Positions 12,363 to 23,137 of a stretch of 64,000 bases of DNA are shown here, piece after piece (position 1 is the first letter of the stretch; each line of letters starts with the position of its first letter). The notes beneath the pieces are model-generated. The model saw nothing but the letters and a program-made list of their open reading frames with translations, ran no database searches and was not told the origin of the DNA. The stretch is from Glycera tridactyla (Eukaryota), in assembly GCA_965644265.1 (NCBI GenBank), contig OZ286468.1, forward strand, positions 41,106,001 to 41,170,000, given 5' to 3'. Both the position numbers and the translations under genes were made by a program.

Positions 12363-14795
12363 ATGTCATCGAAATCTGCCAAGAAGAAGGCCAAGCGGGT
12401 CAGGAAAAAGTTGGAAGAGAGCCTGAATGCCCTAGGTGATTATAACGAGGATATGACTAGCAGACATACAAGGTCTACGCGATTGCTGGAGCGTACCAAA
12501 ATGGCTGTCGAGAAGAACCAAGAAGACCTGCCGACTACAAAACATGGTGAAGTACTGTTATCTACCAAATCTTCTGGTGATAAACCAATGCAACCAATTG
12601 AGTCCAAGTTACCCACACGTAGTAAAGAGTCAGAACATGAGAATATATCTGATTCGAATTCAATCAGTGTTGCTGAATCGTCTGTAGATCTGATAAACGA
12701 CTCTACTAGGTCGCATTGTGAAGGTAGTCTCTCCAAGTCTGATATGCCTGCCAAATCGTCGCATGCGGGGAGAACTGTAAACAATTCTCAGCAGGAGCAA
12801 GCTGATACAAATGAGCAACCAGATACTAACTCAGGCCCTTTTCACCATAACTCATCTGACATCATAGCTGCTGACAGAGGGATCTTACCAATTGACACAG
12901 TATCTCCAGTTAATACTGATGTGTGTGAAAATGCCCTTGTGTTCGACGGTGCATATCGAAATGTACATGGTGATCTGCAAGTAGACTTACACAGTCCGCC
13001 GTGTTCGTCGACTCATATACCAAATGAAAGTGACATGTCACTCAAATTGCAAAACTCTGACATTGAATCAGCTGAGCACCTAGACAAAATAGCAAGTATG
13101 AAACCAAGTGAGGTATCATATACTGGAAATGAGGGATCTGAGGGTATGCGACATTTAATCAGAGATGAGTTAAAATCAATCACCTCTTCATCTGGATTTA
13201 AAACAATGATGAGTCAGATTGTCAAAGAGCAACTTACGGATGAAATAATTCCCTTTAATGGTAGCCAACAAGTCATGCGTGACATAGCTCAGGAGACATG
13301 TGCAGCATACGTCAACCACAATGTACCTCCTATGATCCAATGTGAATCCTTGAACATCCAAGACTCTGTAGATCATAAATTGAAATCGATGGATGATGTC
13401 CTGGACACTGCCGTCAAGACAACATGTGCAAACTATATTGAAGATACCGTAACTACGAAAATATCAGATGAACTGGAATCATTCAAAGAGGGGTGGCAAG
13501 AGAGTGTCGAAAATTTCGTGGAAGATGCTATTGACTCTGCTGCAAAACTGGATGCGGAATCGAATGATAATATCATGAAATGCCTAAATGATATGGCAAG
13601 AATTATTGAAAATCACGATCAGAAACTGAAGTCTTCGGATACACGTTTGTCGAAACTTGTTGATGAAATTCGAGAGGAGATCAGAGATAGGGATACGAGT
13701 CCACCGACCAAAGAACTGCTAGATAAAGTATCATCACTGGCGATGACTTTAGGAGCAATTGAACATCGGGTTACAGAAAATGAAGAAACGATTGGTTCAA
13801 TTGACGACAGGACTGGCAAATGTGAGGGTAAGGTAGATGTCCTTGAGAAAAATGATCGTCTTAGTACTATTGTGATCGAAGGCTTGCCTTTTGTCAAGGA
13901 CTCAACGTTGATTGACCAGGTAATCACTCTCATCAATGAACGAACCAAATTAGGCATGAAAAAGAGTGATATAGTACAAATTTCACGTTTTGGACCTCCA
14001 AATAGGGAGGGCAAGCCTCGACCGGTTAAAGTACGGTTTGTTCATGCAAATTGGAGAAGAGACCTATTTGTCTGTAAAATCAATGTCAGAAATTCACCAA
14101 TTTTCTTTCGAGAACATCTGACTGAAAGAGAAAATGAAATCTTTCTTAGAGCAAAAGCGGCAAGAAAAGAGGGGAAATTGGAACATGTTTGGACTCGCGA
14201 TGGAAAAATTTATGCAGCTAAAGACAAAATGAAAGACAAGATCCCAATTTTCTCCATTAAAAAACTTTCAGAATTATGTGCCATGGATAAGCTCTCAAGG
14301 GGAGATGGTCTGTCGAAAGATAAAACTATGGTTGTGAACAAGGGGGTTTCTGAATCCCAAGTGGACAAATCCGACGACCCAAAACCAAACTCGAAGGTTG
14401 GTCCACTTCATAAAAACCCATTTAGACCCAGATTTGAAAGACAACGAAAAACTCGTCAAACCATGTCTAGATCCACTGAATTTCCAAACAACTCAAATCC
14501 GAGAGATACATGTAGTCAAGAAAACATTACTAAAGTTGACAATAACCCGAAGATGAGCAATTTCTTCCAGAAATGGCTTAACACAGCGAATGCAAGAAAA
14601 ACCGCTGCTAGTCGTGCTGCCTCTGACGGCAGTAGTATGGAATCATTGGTTCCCAAAAGTGACGCGGAATCCGGTGGTGGCGCTTTCATCACACCATCTA
14701 GGTCAGTACACGCGAACTCTACAAATGAGAAGTCGACAACAGATTCGTTACCACTGTCCAACGCTTTCGATATTTTGAACAAGATAGCCGGCTAA
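12363..14795 (+). CDS. LINE ORF1p (810 aa from the first ATG): low-complexity N-terminus, coiled coil, L1/transposase_22-like RRM and CTD
   Basis: Uninterrupted 2.4-kb ORF. Heptad-rich segment (LLDKVSSLAMTLGAIEHRVTENEETIGSIDDRTGKCEGKVDVLEKNDR), then IVIEGLP...IVQISRFG...RPVKVRF...IFFREHLT...VWTRDGKIY, typical of CR1/L2/L1-type ORF1 RRM-CTD. Confidence 0.85.
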   Translation: MSSKSAKKKAKRVRKKLEESLNALGDYNEDMTSRHTRSTRLLERTKMAVEKNQEDLPTTKHGEVLLSTKSSGDKPMQPIESKLPTRSKESEHENISDSNSISVAESSVDLINDSTRSHCEGSLSKSDMPAKSSHAGRTVNNSQQEQADTNEQPDTNSGPFHHNSSDIIAADRGILPIDTVSPVNTDVCENALVFDGAYRNVHGDLQVDLHSPPCSSTHIPNESDMSLKLQNSDIESAEHLDKIASMKPSEVSYTGNEGSEGMRHLIRDELKSITSSSGFKTMMSQIVKEQLTDEIIPFNGSQQVMRDIAQETCAAYVNHNVPPMIQCESLNIQDSVDHKLKSMDDVLDTAVKTTCANYIEDTVTTKISDELESFKEGWQESVENFVEDAIDSAAKLDAESNDNIMKCLNDMARIIENHDQKLKSSDTRLSKLVDEIREEIRDRDTSPPTKELLDKVSSLAMTLGAIEHRVTENEETIGSIDDRTGKCEGKVDVLEKNDRLSTIVIEGLPFVKDSTLIDQVITLINERTKLGMKKSDIVQISRFGPPNREGKPRPVKVRFVHANWRRDLFVCKINVRNSPIFFREHLTERENEIFLRAKAARKEGKLEHVWTRDGKIYAAKDKMKDKIPIFSIKKLSELCAMDKLSRGDGLSKDKTMVVNKGVSESQVDKSDDPKPNSKVGPLHKNPFRPRFERQRKTRQTMSRSTEFPNNSNPRDTCSQENITKVDNNPKMSNFFQKWLNTANARKTAASRAASDGSSMESLVPKSDAESGGGAFITPSRSVHANSTNEKSTTDSLPLSNAFDILNKIAG

Positions 14796-14797
14796 TA

Positions 14798-16033
14798 ATG
14801 GAGCTCCACCGTCATATAGCTGATATAAATACCTTCGATGACGAATATGATCCCGAACACGTGGTAAGCGCTACTTTCTTATAGTTTGAGAAGAATGTAA
14901 TTGTAACATGATTCCGCATTCAAAATAGGTCAAACGCCTGCAATGACCCGTAAACTATGCTGACCCTATACATGACCCCATCAGAACTGTCGGATAACTG
15001 ACTTTACGTAAGCAACTTAAATTATGGTATCGATTAAATTCATAAAAATTTCGCCCAGGTAAAGATATACGCTTATCTCTTGCAGACAGATATGGCGGAA
15101 GATGAGAAAGAAGCAAAGGATCGGCTTAATTCGACTTCAATGGGCTCGTATTGTCCCCTATTCCGTAATAGGCATCTCCTGGATAAAGAGACCGAGCCGT
15201 GTGTGTTAGTAGTTGGATCTAGCCACGCAAGACGAATGGGAGAGAACGTAGGGCTTTTCACGAGTGAAGCCATGAAGAACCACACCACGAAATGGAAGTT
15301 TTTTGGAATAGGTGGAGGCCGATGGTATACCTTTGCTAATGAATTCCAAGGAAACACAACATTGCATCGATTGCACAAATATGGTAACACACTACAAAAA
15401 ATCAAATCCAGAAAGATTCAACCTGATTACATTATAGTGATCCTTGGATCAAATGATGTGGACAATTTCCAAAAATTTACACTGAATCCAATCCATCACA
15501 AAGACCCACGCATCATGAAACGACTTGTCACGAGCTCTCAAAAAGAATTTCTTGAAAACATGTATCCTCGGATCAGAAATGCATTGAATTGCCTTATTGA
15601 CCATTTCCCTGGGGCTATTCTCATGGTTCCTCCTATTCTATGGAGGAATTATTGGAAAACAGCAACACGACAGGTTGCTATCTGCATGGATTCTTACATC
15701 AGATCTTTCATTCCGGCTGCGGGTCCAGGCATTGTTAGATTTGTCCATGCTCATGTACTTTATATTACAATGTATCAAAAGGAGGGAATTGCACAGGGAT
15801 TCAAAAAGAGGGCCAAACATGGTTCACGCAAGAGAAAGTTTGGGCATATCTTGAGAGGCTTCTGTGACTACAATGACGTAAATCATCTAAATTACCTGGG
15901 CTACCAAGCAATGGCAACATCTCTGGTAAATGCTACCTTGGATCATTGGAAAATTCATTGCAAAGTATCAGATGATGAACCCGCTCCCAAGAGAATGAAA
16001 AAAATGTTATTTACAGTTTGTTGCAGGTCATAA
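14798..16033 (+). CDS. SGNH/GDSL-hydrolase (esterase-like) accessory ORF; predicted exons 14798-14863 and 15086-16033 (337 aa). Unspliced alternative starts at the ATG at 15092.
   Basis: Block I VLVVGSSH, block II GIGGG, block III YIIVILGSND and block V DVNHLNYLGY, in correct order. The ORF 15080-16033 is open for 317 codons. The upstream mini-exon is inferred from splice signals. Confidence 0.8.
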
Positions 16034-16833
16034 CTCCAATGTCTTGTCGAGTACAAGATAAGAGCTAGATGGTTTGTGGAGTCGTGGCATAATGTTGAGT
16101 AGAAAGGTGAGATTGCAGGCGCCATTTAATTATTTAGTTACTTTGATGCGGATATCTTACAAAAGATATGGTATGCTGCTCTGACTACGATGAATTCCTT
16201 GGTGACTTGGAAATCACAGATAAGTTAACAGCAATACCACAAATTTAAATGGGATCATCAATGGACATGCAAGTCGTACATGGAATTCCTTGGTAACTTG
16301 GAAAGCAATTTGTGCGAATGAGTATAAAAATTGATGATACCAAATACTCGGGTAATGGCCACCTGCACATGTTTATTTTCGTCAAAATCAGTCACTACGG
16401 TTCAATATTTCCCATTAGCATATGTTGTTAGTAATGTCGTTCGTATATGCATTATATTACATTATTTAATTACTGTTGATGTTGGTATCATCATAGTCGA
16501 TATTGGTGATGAGAATGTGTTTCGGGACGAAAAATAGGTGAACTATAGCGAAGCCCCAACCTCCCCTTCGCAATACTCAACCAACTAACTGAACTAATTA
16601 GAGGATCCTCCTCACTCGATGAAACAATTTAGTTATTAGTTTCTGTTTATTATTTTTGTCCTTTCTGAACAAGACTAACCAAGTTAGTAATTATTTCGTT
16701 ATCATCTCATCCTAGCATCAACCAAGGCCCAAATGTTTACGACGATATTGTCCCTAATGTATTCAGACCTTTTCAACCCCATCGACATGAAACTCTTCCC
16801 CGTCACATACCACGTTGGACCCCTGAAACGATT

Positions 16834-19777
16834 ATGAATATAGCGACACCAGAGGAATTGTGTAGACTTAATGGAATCAGCATAGGGTACTTAAATGTGA
16901 GGAGTATAATCAGGAAAATTAGCGATATTAAAATCTTTCTATACCAAAGTAGGTTGAATATTCTATTATTGGGTGAAACCTTCCTTAACAGATCGATCTT
17001 GGATCACGAGCTTTTTATACCGGGTTATAAATTAATTCGTTTCGATAGAGATGGAGGTAGTGTCCTACGTGGAGGCGGTGGTTTAATGGCATATTATAGA
17101 GATGACAGACATGTGGAGTGGCTATCTGACTGGTCTATTTGCAACAGTGATGTTGAATGTTTATGGATGAAAATGGTCCTACCTCAGACCAGACCGACAT
17201 TTATTTGTTGTCTATATCGTCCCCCATCAGGCTCTGCAATAAATGCCCTAGAAATCATAGACAACAAAAATATTGGATATCACACAACTTGGTACGAGTG
17301 ACATTTTATTACTGGGGGATGACAACTTGGACATTTCCAAACCTGGCCAATCTAAAAAACTTGTTGAAAATTTTTGTATGTCAAATCAATTGAAGCAATT
17401 GATCCATGGTCATACTCCGGTAACAACCTCGAGTCGCACTAATATTGACCATATTCACACGAATAATAGTGATAATTATAGGATGGCCGGAACATTGGAT
17501 TTGGGCATTTCAGATCACTCATTTATATTTACAACTAGAAAGAAAAAACGTCAATCTAAAAAGAACCAATACATCCAACTGAGAAATTATAAACGAGCGG
17601 ATTACAATGAAATCTCAAAAAAGATTAATGAATATGACTGGTCTGGTGTGATGTTGGACACAAAGTGTATCAATGCATGTACGGCGGACGCGCTGGACAT
17701 TATTTGTAACATTGTTGATGAGAATATACCATTGAGGACATACAAAGTAAAAGAGGGAGTTCCAGACTGGGTTGATGGAGAATATCTTGATGCAATTCGG
17801 GCTAGGGAAGAATCAAGCAGAAATTTCAAATTGAATCCAACAGAAGGAAATCTCGCACTGAAAAGGGAATGTCTAAATAGAACAAAATTGATGAAAATAA
17901 CTTTACAGAAAAACTACATAAATAATAAATTGAATGATGCTAAGTCTGACATGAAAAAACTTTGGAAAACAATCCGTGAGTTCTGGCATAGTGATAGGCA
18001 ACAGATCAGCATTAATAAGATTAATGAAAGCACGGATGAAAAAGAGATTCCTGCAATTTTGAATGACCACTTTGCATCTGTAGGAACTAAGTTGTCATCG
18101 AATATTCCAACCAGTACAAACAACCCGGTAGAATTCTTCCCATTCTCATACAGGGATACTTTTAATTTCACAGAAATAAATGATACTGATATAAAAAATG
18201 TCATCAATGGTATGGACCCATCGAAATCAGGTAGAGACGACGGTCTCCATTCCAGTGTTCTGATAAAATGTCAAGATGCATTATGTCCGATATTGAAATA
18301 TTTGTTTAATAGAAGCATCCGTGAAGGAAGGTTTCCTGACATATGGAAAGTAGCTACTATAATCCCATTATATAAAGAGGGTGACCACTCCATTCCGGGA
18401 AACTATAGACCTATTAGTCTTCTATCAACCACGAGCAAGATACTAGAGCGATTAATGCACCAGCAGTTATATGGCTATATAGAGAGCATGGGTCTGCTGT
18501 GTCGGGAGCAGTCTGGTTTCCGGAAGGGTCGTTCCACCAGCACATGTCTTCTAGAATTTCTTGATAACATATATGTAGGTTTGGAGGAGGGGCTGGCTGT
18601 TGGAACGATCTTTCTGGACCTAAAGAAGGCTTTCGACACTGTAGACCATGCTCTCTTACTAAAGAAACTATCACTGTTTGGTTTGTCTGAGTCTTGTACC
18701 AGCTGGATAGGAAGTTATCTCGACTCCAGATATTGTGAGACTAGAGTAGGAAAGTTTATATCACCAATGAATTCAGTTAAGTGTGGCGTTCCACAGGGGT
18801 CCATTTTAGGACCTCTCTTATTCACAATGTATATTAATGATCTTCCATTTTACCTGAGGAACGTCACACCTAGCATGAATATGAACATGAACATGAGCAT
18901 GAGTAGCAGCATGAGTTCACAGTTATACGCTGATGATACCGCCATTTGTGTGAAAGGAACCTGTTCGATTTCAATCCAAATGCAATTGAATGATGTCATG
19001 ACATATGTTTCACGCTGGATGAACATGAACAGATTGAGTTTAAACCTGAAGAAAACAAAATACATGGTATTTAGTCTTCCCCAACATCAAGATAAGTTTA
19101 CTGATATATCGATTAATGTGGATGAGATCGACATAGAGAAAACTGAGAGTATGAAATATCTTGGTATAGTACTAGATCCAATTCTCTCTTTTAAATCACA
19201 TGTCTCTCATATTAGATCAAAGACAATAGGCAAGATCGGCGTCTTAGGTAGACTAAGACCTGTCATAACCAGGAAAACAGCATTGATGTTATATAAGACG
19301 CTGGTCCTGCCTATTTTTGATTATGGGGATATTCTATATAATTGCCTATCTCAGAGAGACAATTATAACCTTCAGAAATTGCAAAACTCTGCACTTCGGC
19401 ATGTCGACAGAAAACCACGTAGATTTAGTATTAAACAATTGCATCACAATCTTGATGTACAAATGCTCGATGCAAGAAGAAGAGACCATGAAATAATACA
19501 GGTCAAGAAAATGTTGTCTCCTAACTATGCTGCAACCCCGATATGTACACTATGTACACATGTGAACTATCAACATTCACATGACACCAGATCCAAAAGT
19601 AAAGATTTTGTACAAATTTCGAGATGGAAATACAAAATTAGTGAAAAAAACTTTAGACACAGAGGCTCCAAATCTTGGAACACTCACATTGAACAATATC
19701 CTGAAACAGCATTGTTGAACATTGAACCTTTCAAGAAGTTTATAAAGGAATTGCGTCACCTGGATCTGGAGAAATAG
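16834..19777 (+). CDS. LINE ORF2p: apurinic-type endonuclease plus reverse transcriptase; one +1 frameshift at the A5 run 17266-17270
   Basis: APE motifs IGYLNVRS, LGETFL, LYRPP, LLGDDN, IDHI and ISDHS. RT motifs NYRPISLL, QSGFR, FLDLKKAFDTVDH, GVPQGSILGP, YADD and KYLG. Removing one A joins IDNK-ILDITQ. The frame is already open from 16669. Confidence 0.92.
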
Positions 19778-20099
19778 GAAAAATCAAACTACAATAGTAA
19801 TATTCTACATTTACATGCCGATGTGTGTATTTAAATATTAAACGACAATAATAAGTCGGACATTAAAAATTCTTGACATAGGAACTTATTCTTGCAACGG
19901 GTCTGTCATTTATCATATATCATATCATCCATCCTTCATTTCGTTTTCATTATATCACCATACCATCTTCATTTTCGTAGTTAATTGTATGTGAATTTAT
20001 GTTCGTCAACCTGGAGATGTATGCACTGTATATCATGTGTATGTAAATGTTTTTGACGAATAAAAATAATGTGTTAAAATCAAAATCAAATAAGGCCAC

Positions 20100-21200
20100 T
20101 ACCCTTATAAGACCCTGACGCATGCATCTATTGACGATTGTTTGTGGTCATTTTGCGTCCAATGTACATTCGATGCGCAGGCAAATAATCTTGTTTCATA
20201 TTAGCAAGTCAGGCATGTAGTCGATAAACAAAACGATTCCATAAAGCACCAGCCCCATGATTTATATGCTATGAAGTAGATACATAGCAGTGAGACATAC
20301 ATCCCTGCTATTATCGACCAAGGGAATAAATAACGACCACCTCCAACGTTTGGTTGTTGCATCAGACATACATACATGAAAAATACCAAAAAAAAAGGAA
20401 ACAAGAGCAAAAAGACGCATTTTGGGGAATATGGGCAATCTGCTGTCTCGAATACCTGTATTTCCACACATGAAGATATATCAGATTCTTTGGACATGCA
20501 TGTGTATAATTCTACCACCAAAACAAGTGGGCTACGCCAGTTGACGAAGACTGGGCCACAACACTAGTATTTCCTGTACTTATTCACCCACTGAGAGCAC
20601 TATGTTTACTTGAAGTATGCTCGTATAACCAGGAAGAATGATCGGAGATTAGGTGATATGGACTCTGGTCTACTCGGTGGCTCTGTCAGAGATCCCACAA
20701 GGTCCTAATCAGGCACATGATATGAGGGGTCTATCTCATATGAGCATTTCCACTTTTTGAGAGAGCTGGGCTTTTCAGTAATCGGCCAAGAATATAGAGA
20801 TGGTCAGTGTCTTGAATCAATTCAATTGTCTGACTGATCAATTTCGAAGATAATAAACAGTTTTGATACATCAGTCCGGATGTAGCAGACAGAGAAATTA
20901 TTTCAGATTGATTGAATGTTCATGACGGTGGCATTTTCACCAAAAAAAAAACGATTGGACGATGATGGCATACGAGGATATTGGCAGCAAACTCTCCAGA
21001 GGCCATCTTGGTGACGCAGATATAACGGGGGACTCTTTGAGTAGTCTGAAAAAGTGTAATCTCAATATTGTGAAGGAATGCAGAAATTTGAGTGGGCATG
21101 ATTTCATGTATTAGCTGTGCATACATATGCTTGTGACAATTATCATCGAATCTACAGTAAACTTCGATCAATCTCACCGATATTCATGGCCATGATTGTG
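20100..21200 (-). pseudogene. Decayed LRR-encoding sequence
   Basis: IMPTQISAFLHNIEITLFQ. The paralog at 31500-32700 reads PKNLIYLHVW...QIAHIS and LIGTLLDLGLSHR. Confidence 0.5.
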
Positions 21201-21599
21201 ATTGGTTACACTGAATGAGGAAAATCACACATACTTTTCTACAGTCCATTACCAGTGAGAGGGAGTCCGAGCCCCTCCTGTGTATATGTGTATCTTCGTG
21301 TTTCTGCCTAAGGTATATTGTGGCTGGTTGGGTGGCATGGGTCAGGGCCCTGTGATTGGCTTCTCCAACTAAGAACATTACACATATTTGGCTGCAGTCC
21401 TCTACCAGGAATATGAAATTTGGAGCTTTCTTGCGCTTGCGTGCACCTTTTATTTTATTTTCTTTATTTGTCTTCTACAATCATACAATATACAATTATG
21501 CAATGTTACAATAGGTGCGTCTCCATGGCGACGAAGGTGAAAACACACACATTAGAATACAATAAGCCTATACGGCAACATATCATATGAATAATAGAA

Positions 21600-22200
21600 T
21601 AATGTTTGAAGTAAGTATGAGATAATGATAAATGAAATAGTAATCATGATAACGAAATACTAGGACTGATGATTCTATGGTTAGGAAATTGATTATTTTG
21701 CCCATTAGAAACCCTAGCACCCCCCCCCCCCCCCAACCCATATGACCACTTTATGAGATATTTCATTCATCACTATCTTTTGATTTTTTAATGTTCGTAC
21801 AGCTGGCACGGTTCAGTAGAGATAGAAATAGTTCAAAAGGCATAGTATACAAGTAAGCGCATCTTTGAATATTTGATGTTCCTCACTATCAAAATCTGGG
21901 TATTTCACAGTATATTGGTTCCATAGCCTTGCACATCTGAATATGAAAGATCCCTCATATTGCTTTGATCTTGGATGTTCAATTTTAAGAAATTGCCTCG
22001 ATGTGGATCTGGTGACATAGTCATGATTCAAGTTCAGATATTCACAAAGAGGGGAATGTAACTTTGTTTTCAGGCTATGATGAGTTTCATCCCAATGATC
22101 TTCTGAGATAAAACGCATTGTTCTGGTGAAATATTTTCATTATTTTGGCATTGAAGATGATGTTGAGAAGCCATGGAATGACTACTCACTATCATTTTCA
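21600..22200 (-). mobile_element. Old CR1-type LINE 3' fragment, predating the segmental duplication (copy 1)
   Basis: HDYVTRSTSRQFLKIEHPRSKQYEGSFIFRCARLWNQY...FKDAL aligns with the C-terminus of element 1 ORF2. The same fragment is present at about 33050-33760. Confidence 0.7.
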
Positions 22201-22504
22201 CAGCAGAATGTGCAAGAATGTTCTCCGTTCCAAGATATCACAGCGCAGATCTCTGAGAATTGGATGTGTCACGATGGGCGGGTGTCTATGTGTGAGAGCT
22301 TGTTGGCTGTGTGACTTCTATGGGCCAGCCTTCCTGGTAAATAGCGACCACCCGGCCTTCTCTATTGATCAGTCACCACGCCCCCGTCTGTTTGCTAGAG
22401 CTAGAGTGAATGCTGACTCAAATTGACCATCTGCCATCACCGTAGTATTATACCTCGCAAATATTTACTTTCTTCGCCATCTGATTTCTTTCTCCATCTC
22501 AACA

Positions 22505-22660
22505 TCTGTCTGCCTGTCTGCCTGTCTGTCTGAATGTGTTTCTGTATGTCTGTATGTATGTCTGAATGTATGTTTGTGTGTGTGTGTGTGTGTGTATGTG
22601 TGCGTGTGTGTATGTCTGTCTGTATGTCCGTATGTATGTCTGTCAGTCTTTCTCTCTCTT
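22505..22660. repeat. Compound (TGTC)/(TATG)/(TG)n microsatellite; the paralog at 34068-34380 is partly gapped
   Basis: Directly visible. Confidence 0.95.
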
Positions 22661-23137
22661 TCTCACATGTATAACTTATATGTACATTTTCTGGCAGGAC
22701 TGAGCTTGAGCATATGTCATTCTCCCATGAGAGGGTACACAAATGAAGTGAAAAAAAGTGCAGTAGAGAGGTTTCACTGAGTTACTTACACACTGAGGTG
22801 TCACATTAGTGAGCAAAGCAGATCCGTACTTTCCACTGGGCACCCTTCGGGATGTACGAAGATGACCATGCAATGTGCATGGTTGGTACTATTTAATCCC
22901 CGCCTCTTTCTGTGCCACCAATTGAAGGTGAAAGTTTCGAGTCATTCATGGTATTTGGAATCACTGTTGTCCGTATTTTCCTCCTGTGAATATGTCAAAC
23001 GATGAGGATAATGCTTGGAAATGAATAATCCTTCCATATCCTTGGCAAACTTACTTAAACCATTGTTCAGAAATATTGGACTCGTGAAAGTCAAGAACGT
23101 TGCAGGATATGTAAGGGCCTTTCGGTGTGACACTTAC

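Larger units (their letters stand above)
12286..20090 (+). mobile_element. Apparently full-length CR1/L2-group non-LTR retrotransposon (LINE), about 7.8 kb, three ORFs
   Basis: Contains ORF1, an SGNH ORF and an APE-RT ORF2, then AATAAA at 20059-20064 and an (AAATC)n tail to 20090. The flanks rejoin to match the uninterrupted paralogous sequence at about 31325-31375 (cccataaagcaactaccc). Confidence 0.93.

Noticed and set aside
12440-14782. Minus-strand ORFs overlapping ORF1, and similar antisense ORFs over ORF2 and element 2
   Set aside because: Shadow ORFs of real coding sequence with no independent motifs.
22800-23130. TIR domain, i.e. a Toll-like receptor assignment for the LRR relics
   Set aside because: No box 1 (YDAFISY), box 2 or WCxxE-like sequence was found downstream of any relic, so the receptor family is left unassigned.
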